Shown here: positions 1 through 20,200 of the stretch, piece by piece
Layout: the number at the start of each line of letters is the position of its first letter
Numbering within the stretch: the first letter of the stretch is position 1
Assembly: GCA_002104945.1 (NCBI GenBank)
Contig: MCFH01000016.1
Coordinates: 558,001-622,000, forward strand
Direction: 5' to 3'
Length of the DNA: 64,000 bases
Origin: Piromyces finnis finn
Taxonomy: Eukaryota > Fungi > Neocallimastigomycota
Notes under the pieces: generated by a model
What the model saw: the letters and a program-made list of their open reading frames with translations, nothing else
The model's database searches: none
Told to the model about the DNA's origin: nothing
Position numbers and translations under genes: made by a program

Positions 1-1156
1 GTTTCAATAATACTTTCTATAAGTTGTTTTTCTTTAGGATAATTATCTAATGATGGAGTTGGCTCCATACAAGCCAAAAGACGTAAAAGAAGATATGGTG
101 AACGTTTTAATAAATCCAATGATGGTGTTTTCCTTAGGGCTAATTGCTCTTGTGTTGATAGTTTTCTTGATGAGGTATTTGAATCAGAAGATAATTTTTT
201 TTCTTTTAATCCATCTTTTTCTGAAGGTTCCTCATTTAAATCTATTATAATAATATCATTTTGTATCATAATTATAATTATTTTAATAAATAATGTAGAA
301 TTTAAAAAAATTAAAATAATGATATTATAGATTTAACTATTATTATTATTATTATATTAAAAGTATAAATATAAGACTATTATTGCTTATTGACTTTATT
401 TTTTATATACAGGGAAACAAATATTCAAATAGAATAAAATAATATACCTTGTTGATTATTAAAAGTATTACCAATATTATTTTTTTCTGGACTTAATTGT
501 TCGTTTATAGGTGATGCAACCATAGGATTAATAATGGATATAGTGGCATTCTCATTATGGAGGGGACTAAGTGATATTTTACATTCGTCCGTTGAAGTAT
601 CATTTTCTACTGTAAGTGTTGGTAAATGATGTCCTATTTTTAATGGTCCTGGTTTTTTTTTATGCAGTGTAGAATTAGGAAGTCGTGGACTACTACTTCC
701 ATTTTTATAATATTTTGGGATACGAAGAGGAAGAAAGTTCTTTTGTTTGGAAATGTGAACAATTAAAGATTTTTTTAGATTAGTGAATGAAATTTTTTTC
801 CAATTATCAGTTAAAAGTTTTTTGTAATCAGGTTCTTCGTTTTCATATCCTAGATCTAATTGAGTTTGAATGAATCTCTTTAAAACTTTATAATTATACA
901 AAATACAAAAATTAATAAAAATCATTATAAATACATATATATTAATGAAATAAAAGTAATTATTGTTTCTCTTTTTTAGATATATATAAATATTAAATGA
1001 CTTTACCATAAAATAGAGAATTCCTTATAAGTTGACAATATAAAACGTTTATACTATGATAAATAAGTTGTTCTGATTCATCTAAACTTTTATCTACAAT
1101 TGATTTGATATATAAAAAAGTATTTATATTAATCCCTTTATTGTTATATAATTTTT

Positions 1157-1195
<39 letters not shown>

Positions 1196-1742
1196 AATAT
1201 TAAAAATTTTATTTGATTTAGCATTAAATTCCTTTGTGTAATCTACTTTACCTTTTGATTTATCTTTGGATAATCTTTCAATTTTTCCTTTTTCTATTTC
1301 ACTTACAAATTCTTCAAATCTATCATCATTTACATCAATAGGTGATGGATAAGCTAGTAAAGCTCTTGTTAATTGCCATTTTATTTTACTTTGTATACAT
1401 CTGTCACATGCTTCTAAAATCATAATTTCTACCACTATGTTAGAATATGTTTTAGTATATAAAATAATTAAAAAGTATAAAATATTAAAATATTAATGAA
1501 AATTCATGAGTTAATTAATTCATTGGAAAACAACTTTTTAGAATATTATTGTTTAAAACTTTGCAATATTAAAAACTATTTTCTATTATATATATAATTT
1601 TTCTATACTAATAATTATATTTTATATTTTTTTTTCACTTTATATTACCTCCAGTATTTTTTCTATTAAGAATACCGGACTTGGTATTTGTAATTTCAGA
1701 AATACTTAAATTGGCATAGTTTCTATGGCTTTCAAATTTCAT
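1..1742 (-). CDS. Spliced hypothetical protein, 3' end runs off the window start
   Basis: ATG at 1742 (MKFESHRNYANLS...), exon ending at a GT donor near 1650. Further exons lie within ORFs 1187-1435 and 425-1009, plus an open minus-strand frame over ~1-270 (MIQNDIII...LLRLLACMEP) with no stop before the edge. No family recognised. Confidence 0.55.
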
Positions 1743-3170
1743 GATGTTATATGAAATTTTAATTATTAAATTAAAATATCAGAAATATTTTGTTGTTGTA
1801 AAAAATATAAATATAATATTGTGGAGTGGTAATTGATTAAATGTTAATGAAATACTGTTTTAGACAAGCATTTATACCAATCTTTTATTTAAGTTTAATT
1901 ACTATATATATTAAATTTTTATAAGAATATAATGATATAATTGTAATGTAATATAAAGAGTTAGTATTTTAATATTTATTATTTTTAAATATATTTATTG
2001 TTATCTATATAAAATGGTATTTTTTTTATTGATATATATATTTATGGCATGTATCTTATTGGTATAATACTATTTTGTTATTATAATGATATATTCCTTT
2101 TAATATTGTTCGATGTTTGAATAGCTTATATTATATAAATAAAATTTATACTTGTATGTAATGATTAATATTGATATATAAATTAATGATATATGGTAGT
2201 ATCATTATATAATATTGATTTTTTATATAATATGAATATCATTATTAATACTTTATAGGATCAATGAATATATTTATATTTTTATATATTATTTTCCTTT
2301 CCTTTTCTTTTTTATTATTAATGCTATCATAAGAATCAATTCAATTTCAAAATATTCAATTAGGATAATTATATTTCTTGTTTATACATATGAATATATA
2401 CATTTGACTCATAAATAATTTAAATATTTTTATTTTTACATTTTCTTTATTATATTTTTTTAAATATATAATTATTTCTTTTTTCTTTTTATTTTTTCAA
2501 GAAAAATGACCTTTAAAATATTCTTCTAATACCAATAAAAAAGAATAAAGATGTAAAAATAAAAAAAAAGAAGTAACATAATATATTGTATAAAATGTTA
2601 AGTTTTTATATTATTAAATGTATTTAATATATATTAAATTGAATTTAATTCCTATTTTTTTTTATTTAATTATTTATATTGTTATTATTAGTACATTTAA
2701 TTTTTTAAGATAAAATGTTAGCGATTAAAATTACTTTAGAGTTTAATATATATTAAAAACTAATAAACTTGAAAATGATAATTTGTGATTTTTTAAAAAT
2801 TAAGATTATACAATTGTTATTTTACTTATAATTATTGAATATATTTTGCATACTTAATTTAATTGTAGTTTTACATATATATATAGTTTTATAATAATTA
2901 ACTTTATTTTTTTCTTTAAGGTAAATACATATTCTTTAATTTTATGGGTAAAAAACCCCAACATTCTCAATAACTAATATTTTCTTAAATTTTAAAATTT
3001 TTTTTTAAATTTTAAATTTAATTAAATTTAAAAATGTATAGATTATAGAAACTTATATATATCAAAGTATATTATAATATATATAACTTTTAATTCTATT
3101 GAATATTTAATTATAAAATAATTAAAATAATTCAATTTAAATATTAAAAAAAGAAATTTTAATTATTAAT

Positions 3171-3174
3171 AAAA

Positions 3175-3221
<47 letters not shown>

Positions 3222-3290
3222 ATACATAAATAAATAAATAAGTATATAAATAAATAAATACATAAATAAATAAATAAATAAGTATATAGA
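3171..3290. repeat. (TAAA)n microsatellite, degenerate at right end
   Basis: Directly visible tandem AAAT units with TACA/GTAT variants. Confidence 0.95.
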
Positions 3291-4174
3291 TAAGTAAAAG
3301 GGTTAAACAATAAATAATTATTTTAGTGGTGTATATGAAAATATAATTATATAGATGTAACGAAATATACTCAATAATAATTATTATATATTATTATTTT
3401 ATATATGTAACTATATAAAATAATATATAATTTATTGTAGTTAGCATGCAAAAACTTTGTAATCAACTAATAGCATTGGAATAATTTTTTTATAGCATTA
3501 AAATCCTTTAGACTATAATACCTTTTTTATATATATATTATTAACGTGTTTTTCAATTTAAAACCTTGATATTATCAGCAAACGGCGATTTTATAAAAAA
3601 AAATGTTCAATTTATTTTGTTTATATCATCCATCTAGTTCATTTAATTTCTGCTAAAAGATTATAAATTTTTTAAAAATTTTAATTTTTAATAAATAAAT
3701 TTAAAAATTATTAAATTTAAATTGTGGTATTAATTAATAACTAATATTGTAAAATATTAATAAAAATATTATAAATAGAAATTAAAGCAGCAAATTTTTA
3801 AGTAAGAATTCTATTTCATTATTAAAAGCAAAGAGTAGTTTTTAATAGTCTTAATAATAATAAAAACAATAAAAGACCCTATTAATCAATAAAAAGTAAT
3901 AATAACAGCAATATAAAACAAAAATAAATAAAAAAGAGTATTTTATTATATATTTATATATTTATACACCAATTATTCTGTAATTGTAAATAAGTATTTT
4001 TTTTTTTTTTTTTTAATTTTATTACTTTTAATGTTAAAATGAGAAATGATTATCTTATTATTCTTTTTCATATTTAATGCTTATTCTATATTTCAATAGA
4101 ATTAAAAATATTGTAACAATCAAAATTTAAATATGTATATGGTTTTATGGTTTTTTTTTATAACAAATAATTTA

Positions 4175-4213
<39 letters not shown>

Positions 4214-4398
4214 TTTTTTTTTCTTTTTTCTTTTTTCTTTTTTCATTGTAATCAATATATTTTAAATTATAAAAAATTAAAATAACTAAACAAATTAATT
4301 ACTTTATATACAAATAATTTTAAATTTCTAACTAAAATTTCAACTTTATACAAAATTATACAGTATAAATTTAAATTTATAATAAAATCATATTTAAA

Positions 4399-5960
4399 AT
4401 GTTAAATAAGGTATCATTCATTTTATTATATATGTTTGTTATATTAAATAATAATATATAAAATAATAAAATGACAATTGAATTAATTATAAATTTATTT
4501 TATTATTATTATTTTATATTATATTATCATTTTCTTATTATCATTATTATTATTATTATAAAAATATTATATTTTAAATCTCGATTTAAAAAGAAAGCAC
4601 CTTCCAAAAAAGTTATAGCAAAAGAAAAATGGGAATCAAAATTGGCTAATGTTTCAGTTGATAAAAAGTATTTTATCGCACTTTATTTTTTATTTTTAGT
4701 TAATTTATAGTTTTTATTTTAATTATAATACCGTAGCACTAAATGCATTTATAATAAGAGGAAAAGAATTAATAAATTTAGAATAATGTCAATAAAAAAA
4801 GATTAATAAAATAAATATCAACACTTTAACAAACATTAATCATATAATGTATTTATATTCATTTCATTATTGATATCAAAAAAAAAAAAAGAGATTTAAA
4901 TAAGCTTATTATGAATTACTTAGTAATAGAAGGTTATAAAGATGCTGCTGAAAAATTTAGTCAAGAATCTGGTTTACAACCTTCTGTTGACTTATTATAT
5001 ATAGAAGAACGTATGAATATAAGAAATACTATCCAAAGTGGTAATATTGACGAAGCTATTGAAAAAGTCAATGATCTTGATCCAGAAGTATATTGAATTA
5101 TAGTTACAAATATTTATATAATTATAATTAAATAGAATTAAAAAAATAATAAATTCATTTTTTATCTTTTTTTTTTTTTTTTTATATTGGAATAGATTTT
5201 AGATAATAACCCAGTACTTTATTTCCACTTACAACAACAAAAATTAATAGAATACATAAAACAAAATAAAATTGTAGAAGCCATTGAATTTGCACAAGAA
5301 GAATTAGCACCAAGAGGTGAAGAAAACGTAAGTTAGAGAAAATAAAAAAATAAAATAAAATAAAAATATTCCTTTTTAATATATATAATAAATATTAAAA
5401 TCTTGATAATTAAATATCTTTTTAATATAATTCTATAATTATAATAATATATAATATCTTTTTGTTTTCAACTAATATAACAATATGATATAAATAATTG
5501 TTCATAATAATACTTACAAAATAATATCGCAATAACATTATTTTATATGCCAATATTAAATTTACATTCAATAATAACAATAATTATTAAATCATTCAAT
5601 TTAATTTATAATGTTAATATTTCATAATATTTCATTTTTATCCATCTTAATATCATTCATTTTTTTTTGTTTTTTGGATAGCCTGAATTTTTAGAAGATT
5701 TAGAACAAACTATGGCTTTATTAGCTTTTGATGACAATGATAAATCACCTGTTAAAAGTTTATTAGAACATTCTCAACGTCAAAAAACTGCTAGTGAATT
5801 AAATGCTGCTATATTAACTTCACAATGTCAGGATAGAGATCCTCGTTTATTAAGCTTATTAAAACTTTTATCTTGGTCTCAAGACCAACTTAATGAAAAA
5901 GCATCTTTTCCAAATATAAAGAATTATGTAACAGCTAAACTAGAACCAACAAACAAATAA
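4399..5960 (+). CDS. GID8: GID/CTLH complex subunit Gid8 (TWA1) homolog, LisH-CTLH-CRA; about 5 exons
   Basis: Spliced translation KKVIAKEKWESKL..DLNKLIMNYLVIEGYKDAAEKFSQESG..IDEAIEKVNDLDPE|ILDNNPVLYFHLQQQKLIEYI..AQEELAPRGEEN|PEFLEDLEQTMALLAF..QRQKTASELNAAIL matches Gid8/TWA1 motifs. GT-AG introns at ~4668-4892, ~5089-5195 and ~5328-5681. The start ATG at 4399 is tentative. Confidence 0.92.
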
Positions 5961-8026
5961 ATTAAAAATAAATTACGATATAGACCAATTTTATAGTTAA
6001 TAATTCTCAAATATATAATTAAAAAACGAAAAAATAATGGATGTCTTTTAACTATAATATTTCAAGGGTCGAATGCTTTTTTTTTTTTTTTTTTACCTTT
6101 ATTCCATTTTTAATATAAGTTAAAGGATAAAAAACCTATACAATATAATAATTAAATATTTATTTTTAAAAATAACAATAACAATAATAAAAATAAAATA
6201 AAAAAAGGAACAAAAGCGTAAATAAAAGTAATCAACAAACGAGCATCAACAAAATTAATATATACCAAAAAATATTTCAAAGTTTCAAAAATTCTTTTTA
6301 TATATTATTATTTTATTATTATTATTATTTTTTTTTTTCAAAAATTAAAATTAATAACATGTTAAAAAATAAAAAATGTAAAAATAATATTTTTTAAAGT
6401 ATCTCATATACTATAAAAATAAAAAAAATCTTTAGATACATAAATGTATCAGTTATATCTTTATTTTGAGTTGATTTAAGAATAATTAACTCTTATTATT
6501 TTGTATTTAAATGAATAATAGATAATAATGGTTGTAATAATATATATCATTAAAAAAATAATAATGATTATATTAGCTAAAATTATTATTATTTGAAATG
6601 TAAAAACAAGAGTATACTAATAAATTTAGTTTTTAAAATTAATAATAGATAAAAATTAAAAGGCGGGTAAAGTATTATTTCATATTAAATATTTTTAAAT
6701 ATATATATAATTAGTTTATAATTTTACCTATTAAGATAAGTGTAATATAATAAATTAATTTAAATATTAAAATGTGTATTTGGAGAAAAATATTATGTTT
6801 CCATTAATTGTTATACAATTTTTAACAAAACTTTATGATTATGAATAATATAATCAATAAATAAATTTAAACAAATTATTATTTAAGAAATAATTAATAA
6901 CCATTCTGCTATTATATATACAATTTCAATAATGTGAAATATTTTAAGTGTTATTAATGTATTAAAGAGTATTTATTATATAACTGTTTTAAAAAAAAAA
7001 GTTGAATAGATCTTGTTATTTGATTAAAAAGCTTAATTTTTAAAAAAATATAATTTAATTTGAAAAAATTTAATGGTAGTAATGTTTTAGGGTAAATATT
7101 TCTTTAAAAGCTAAAATTAAATGTGGAATAATTTGAATATGAGAATGAAATTGAAAAAAAAAAAAAAACTAAAGGTATTCATTTTAATTAATTAAAATTA
7201 TATTGTAGAATAGGAAAAGAAAGTTTTTGAAATTAAAATATATAATAATTAATGTGGTGATGATTGAAGTAATACTATTATTAGACAATATTTTATATAA
7301 AAAGAAAATAGCTAGTGTTAAATGTATAAGTTATTATTAAAAATGTTTTTTTTTTTTTCTTTTTTAAAAAAGATGTATTTTTCATTTCATTGAATTTTTA
7401 TCATGTATTCATTTAGATAATTATTTTATCAAATATTATATAAAAATGAGTTTTAAAATGATAGTTCAATTTTAATTTTTATTAAAATAGAATTAAAATA
7501 TTATTTTAATATACAAATTTTAATTAATTTTAATATTTATAATAAAGATAAAAGCTTTCAAAAATAGTGATTATCAAACTATTACAATTTAATATTTATA
7601 AAAATAGTGATATAATTCTTTATTTTCAAAATATTTGAGAAATGAAATTAAAGTTTATAGAAATTTTCTAATTTTGCTAAATATTAAATAATAACCACTT
7701 TATATATGAATAAACGTACTTTTTTTTTTTTTTATAATAAAACTTCATTTTATATCAAATCATTAATTTGTTAAACTTTTATTTGTAATACCTTGGTCAA
7801 AATAATTAAAGAAAAATTCGAAAAATAAAATATTATTATTTTTTTAAAAGCGCGTATATTAATTATATAATAATAGTAATAAAAATAATAGTATCAATCA
7901 TAATATAAATAACTTCTTTTCATAATACGATTAAAATAATATTTTATAAGAGAAATCAATTAATTATAATTTCAATTTAGGGTGCTCTATCTTTTTTTTT
8001 TTTTTTTATTTAATTTGATATTATTT

Positions 8027-8404
<378 letters not shown>

Positions 8405-9423
8405 TATATGACATTTAAGTATTTTAATTATATTTCTATATTTCCATAATATTATTATTATTATTTTTTTTTTTTCATACATTTTTAAACTTTCCATACT
8501 TTTTTTTTTAATTAAAAACTATATTTTCTGAAATTTTTATAAAATAAATTAATTATTATTTTAGGAGATATAAATCATATAAAAATATAAAAATCATCAT
8601 AATTTAATTATACTTAATTATAAAGAAATTAATTTTTAACTAAATTATTAATTTTTATTTTAATTATAATTAAAATTTCTATATCAGACATTTTAATTAT
8701 ATATTAATTTTTTAATTTTAATTTTATTAAGTTTTAATCAGTTAAACGTTTTTTTTTTATTTCTATATTTCTATATTTTTTTATTATTAAAACGAAGGAA
8801 GAAAAGAATTTGAAAACATTATTTCTTTTTATAAAACTATATATTTAAGTATGCATTTTAATAATATTATATTAATACATATTATTTAAAAATAATGTAT
8901 ATTATTAAAGATACTAGAAGTGAATTTTTTTGTTACACTTTTTACTATTCTATATACTTTTTTTTTATTCTTTCATATTAATAATAGTTCATTATTTAAA
9001 TAAAAAGAATTGTTACACATATTTTCTTTCTTTACTATTTTGTAAAATAAATAATAAAATTCAGTTTTTATACTACAACATTATCATTATTAATAATTAT
9101 TGATATTAAAATAATAATAATAAACAGAATATTATTTAGAGAATAGTGAAATTTGAAATGCTAATAAAAAAAATATATTTTATTATCATATTGTTAAAAA
9201 TAATTTTTTCTTTATCTTTTATTCTTTTTATTCATAATAGAGGAACATAAACTGATATTGTGTAATATACAAAACGAAATAAATTTCCTATGTAAATATA
9301 TACATATATAGTTCATTATAAAAAGGTAAATATATTATTAAAGTAACAATAAATATGTTTTATAGGGTATATAAACATACATATATACCACACTATCACT
9401 ATGTCTATTATAACTACTTCTAC

Positions 9424-9425
<2 letters not shown>

Positions 9426-9495
<70 letters not shown>

Positions 9496-9952
9496 TTCAT
9501 ACTACTACTACTATTACTACTACTACTACTTAATAATTTAATAATACTAATACTAATAATAAAATTCATACTACTACACTTAATAATATTAATACTAATA
9601 ATAAAACTCATACTACTACTATTATTACTACTTAATAATAATATTAATACTAATACTAATACTAATACTAATACTAATACTAATACTAATACTAATATTA
9701 ATACTAATACTAATACTAATACTAATACTAATACTAATACTAATACTAATACTAATACTAATACTAATACTAATACTAATACTAATACTAATACTAATAC
9801 TAATACTAATACTAATACTAATACTAATACTAATACTAATACTAATACTAATACTAATACTAATACTAATACTAATACTAATACTAATACTAATACTAAT
9901 ACTAATACTAATACTAATACTAATACTAATACTAACTAATACTAATACTAAT
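9426..9952. repeat. Compound repeat: (AAT)n, three degenerate AAAATTCATACTACTAC.. blocks, then ~50 copies of (ACTAAT)n
   Basis: Directly visible; the hexamer array runs ~9646-9952. Confidence 0.95.
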
Positions 9953-10311
9953 ATTAGTATATTTCAAAACGAAATCTCATTTATTTTTTCATTTCTTTTC
10001 TTTTTTATAACATTTTTGTAATAAAAATATAAAATATTATCAAAACTATGTTTGAATATCTATTATTAACTCTTTATACATAATAATATTTTTATATATT
10101 TTAATTAAAAAATACATTATTTATAATATTGCAAACTACATGTTTATAAAAGAAATATACTACTTTATCTATATTCTAAATTATTTAAATACTCTTTTTG
10201 AAAAGTTGATAGAACAAATTTATAAAGTAACAATAACATCTACAACAACAACAGCAGCATTATATAACAATAATAATAAAATATAATAATTTTTTAATAT
10301 TGGAATAAAAC

Positions 10312-15091
<4,780 letters not shown>

Positions 15092-15960
15092 AAAAAATAT
15101 TTTTTAAATTATAATAAATGAATAAATAAAATTAAAGATATAATAAGAGCGAGCAACAATGTATAATATATACAATTTACTTATTTTGGAAAACACAAGA
15201 TAAAAAGAACAAAAACAAAAACAAAAAAAAAAAAATTACTAACCATTTATTAGCCAAACATAAATTATATATGTCCTTTTTTTTTTTTTGAAATAATCAT
15301 CATTATATAATACGCTAAAATAAAAAAAAAAAAAACTATTATTATTATAAAAAATTACAAATAGCAACAAAAAAAATGTAGATATTTTTTTTTTTATTTT
15401 TTCTAATTTTATATTTTTGTTATAAATTCCTTTTTTTTCTTCTTTTATAATTTAAACTCTCTAAATTCTATTATAAAAATGTAAAATTTTTTTATTTAAT
15501 TCCATATTCCTTCTTTTTTAGTTTACCCCCCCTATATTATTTTATTATTATTTATAAAGAAAAAAAATATTCATAATATTATATATATAATTACCATTAG
15601 AATCTATAATATATATTATTTTTTTTTATTTTATAATAAAATTAAACACTAACAATAATAATAAAATAGATAAAATAATAATTATAATAATTACTAAAAT
15701 CAAATAAATAATATGTTTAATGATATTCATCATTAATGACTTTTGGTTTTATATTAATATTTTTATAATTTAATTAAAAAGTTTTTTACATTCAGATTAA
15801 ATCAATATTGTCATTCAACATATTTTTAAATATGTTGACTTTAAAAAGAAAATTCTAATTTTTCAAATATTAAGATTTAAGTTTAAAACAAAACACAATA
15901 TTTGACTTTTAAAAATGAATAAAATTAAAAAATAGAGTAAAAAGTAAATAATTCAACACA

Positions 15961-16104
<144 letters not shown>

Positions 16105-16800
16105 GTATATAAATATTAAGTTTTAGATTATTAATTGAAGTTTTTATTTTATATGCAAAATCTTCATTGATATATAAAATGTAATTGGAACTTTATAATT
16201 TTCATTGTGGTTTGTCTTCTTAAATATTTATTTATATTATTGAAAATATGTTATATAAACTATAAAATCTAAAATATTTAGTATTAATAGCTTTTATTAT
16301 ATATACTACCTTTTTTAAAAGCATAACAACGTATAGCAATAATATGGTTAAAGATACTTTTTTTTTATGTATTTTATTATGAATCTTTAAAATTTACCCT
16401 TTTTTTTTTAATTAAATAAAATGTCATAATATATTTTAAATACATTTTAATATATTAATTTTATTATTGTAAATGATTAAATTATATTATAATACATTGT
16501 TATATATATTAATAATAAATTATTTAATTGGTTTTCAAAATTCTTTTATTTTTTTCTGACTTTAATAGAGAAATAAATATTTTTTGTTTGTAAAGAAATT
16601 TATCCAATTTTTAAAATAAGTATCAATAAAACAATATATATTTGAATAATTGTTATTGTTCTATATATATATATATATATGTATATATAACAGACAAAAA
16701 AAAAAGAGAAAAAAAAAACATACAAAAGAAAAGAGTCCATTTTAATAATAATTTTTAAATTTATAAATTATTTTAATTCAATTAAAAAAAATTTTTAATA

Positions 16801-17801
16801 ATGGAATCTACCAATTGTAATAATAATAATACGACTACTGACAATTCTACTAATGAAAGTAGTATTCCACAAAGAACCACTGTTACATATACATTACCAA
16901 CTCAAACTCTTTATTCAACAACAACTACAGAAGATGTTGAGAATCAAACAACTACTACAACTACTGTAGAAACTACGATTGAAAGACAGATTGAAGAAGT
17001 AGTACAAGTTGAGGAACATGTTACAGAAGAAGTTGACAATGATAATAGTGACGATGAACCATATTATACTGTGGATGAACCAAGTGATAGTGAAGTTGAG
17101 CAAAATAATGAAAATGCTGATTCACAAAATTCTAGTAGTAATAATAATTCAAATCAACAACAAAATAATTTCAATGCAAATTACATTCAGGATTTTTTAA
17201 GAAATACATTTTCTAATATTGGTAATTTAGCAGGAACTCCAAGGTATATTTTACAGTTTTAAATAAAAAAATATAATAAATTTATTTAATTTATTTAAAA
17301 AAGATATAATTTAAAGTATAAAGTATAAAATTTATAAAAATGAAAGAAATTAAAATTTTTTCATTTAATATATAGAGCATATAATGTTGAAATTCCTAAT
17401 AATGGAAATAATGAAGTAAGGTAAATATGAGGATAAATTAAAAAATATTTTATTTTACTATTTTATTATATTTTTAGTTTTTAAGAAAAGATATTTTATT
17501 TAAGAAATTCAATTCAATTAAATTATGAGAATAAATTTAAAAATATTGTTATTTTTTTTAAAATATTATATATATTTTTATATATTTTTATATTTGATAA
17601 AATTAATTTTCATATTTTATATACATTATAAAATCTTTTATTTTTAAATTTAAATTAATAAGAGGAATTGCTGTTTCAATTCCAATTTCTGTATCATCAG
17701 CTATGTCACCAGAAGATATTTATCAATATATTAGACCTCAAAATAACAGTAATATTAATACTTATAACACAACTGGTAACACAACTGAAAATGCTGCTTC
17801 A

Positions 17802-17848
<47 letters not shown>

Positions 17849-19955
17849 ATATGAAAATAATTCAAATGTTATTATTGAAGAAATTGAAAGTAATGGTGTT
17901 GAAAATACAACCAATGAAGTTTTAAGCGAAAATAATGACCGTGAAAGTAATGAAATTAATAATGCTGAAAATGCTGATTCGAATCCAGACGATAATAATG
18001 TAATTGAAAGCAATGAAAATAATAATGATGAACATGAAATTACTGGTAATACTGCAACTACTGAAGAAATTAATAACAATAATGAAAATTCATCATCTTC
18101 AAATACACAAAACAATGCTAGTTCATCAAACTCAAATAACAATAATAACGGATTTAACCTTTTTGAAAGATTGAATTTAAATGATCCAGGAATTGAAGTA
18201 ACTTTTCAAACTATCGATTTAAATGTACCACGTGATTTAGAGAGAGATCATCCATATCCACATGTTCCTTCTAAATCACCAGAATATAAACCATTCAAGG
18301 TTCCAGATAATTATGCCAGTTACAATAACCCTGATGGTGAGGAATTACAAACATGCTCTATTTGTTTAGAAGAAATGGATCAAAAGAAACACGCTCTCAC
18401 ACGTTTAGTTTGCGGACATGAATTCCATATGTCTTGTGTTGGTTCTTGGTTTAATAGTATAGGTAAATTGAAATTAGTAATATTATATTAATATGATGAA
18501 TATAAAAATCAAAAATATATATATATGTATTTATAAATTTTTTTATTCAATATAATTATATAAATGTTTTATTAAGGTCTTATGAAATGTCCAAATTGTA
18601 ATTCAGTTCAAGATGATCAACCAGGTGGTTGGCGTTATTCTGATAATAATAGACCACATATTACCACAAACACAACCACATTACGTGATTTATTTGGTGG
18701 TCAAAATGCAAATGTTCAAGAGATTCCAGAATTGAATACTTTACCAAGTATGTTTGAATATTATAATTAATGTTAAATATAATTAGTAAATTCAATTAGT
18801 GCTAATATTTTCATCATCATTATTATAATTTACTAAAACTATAGATATTCTTCAATACATTACAAATTCTGTAATGAGAAATAGAAATAACAACAACAAC
18901 AACAGCAATAATAATAATAGTAATAACGAAAGTAATAACAATAGCAATAGTAATGAAAGTAATAATGAAAATAATGACAATAATGATGACAACGAAAATA
19001 GTACTGAAAATAACGATAATTCAAATGAAAATAACAATACTACTGATCGTAATGTTGAAACAAATGAAATTTCAACTCAAGAATCATTAAATGACCAACA
19101 AAATGAAGATAATATTACTCCAGTAGATGATTTTATAAACAATCAAACCTCCAATATAAATAATGAAGAATCTGATGAAGATGATGTTGATGCTGATGAT
19201 GAAATTCCGCCATTAGAAGTAAATGATTCTGACCCAACTACCAATGAATTTTCTTCTAATACTGAAAATACAAATTCAAGTTCTAATACCGATACTAATA
19301 CTAATGCCAGTTCTAATAATGATACAAATGCTAACACAAATCCATTTAATATTTCATCCACTTCATTTAATTTCGGTCCAAATGTTAGTGTAAATGTTAT
19401 TGATTTAACATCCATGAATTTAGGTGGAGCATTAGGTGGTCTTGGTAATTTAGGTAATTTAGGTAATTTAGGTGGTTTAGGTGGTTTAGGTGGTCTTGGA
19501 GGTTTCAATTTAGGTTTTGGTAATCTTGGAAATATGTTCCAATCTTTTGGATTAAATACTCAAACCCAAGCTCAAACTGAAACAACTCAAGAGTCTTCAG
19601 CAAACATTGTAGAAGTAACAGAAGAAGACGAATCTAATGCTGAAAGGTTAGAAAAAAATAGATAAAAAAAATTATTTGAAAAATAATATTATTAGAAATA
19701 GAATGTATTAATTTTATTTCTTTATTATTTATTAAAATATATTTTCATAGTATTTCAAATCAAACTAATGTTAATGAAGAAGTTCCTTCATCCTCATCCT
19801 CTTCATCAGCTAATCCAAATCCAACCTCAGATAATGCTTCTGCCGACAAGGATGAAGCTAATACTAATGCTGATGATGAAGAAAAATCTAATTTAGCTAA
19901 TCAACATTCTAACTCTGAGGAAACTCTTCATAATATATATTTCGATTTAGATTAA
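16801..19955 (+). CDS. RING-H2 finger protein (putative E3 ubiquitin ligase) with long acidic Asn/Glu-rich disordered regions; about 6 exons
   Basis: CSICLEEMDQKKHALTRLVCGHEFHMSCVGSWFNSIG|LMKCPNC is a C3H2C3 RING split by the intron at ~18462-18577. Exons join ORFs 16801, 17703, 18582 and 18874; the last exon ends ...IYFDLD* at 19955. Confidence 0.88.
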
Positions 19956-20167
19956 AAAATAAAAATTTAAATAATATAAAGTGTTGGAAAGTAAACTATA
20001 GTTATTATAATTAAAAATAAAACAATATATAATATAAAGTATATTAAAAGATTAAAAGTATTACAAGTTATAATAATTTTCAAGATTAATAAAATTATAG
20101 AATAAGAAACATTAAAAATTTAAAAAACTGAAAAATAAAAACAAAAAGAATAAACAAACAAGTAAAT

Positions 20168-20200
<33 letters not shown>

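Noticed and set aside
50-250. Plus-strand 66-aa ORF with a hydrophobic stretch
   Set aside because: It overlaps a longer open minus-strand frame that continues the spliced gene; most likely a shadow ORF.
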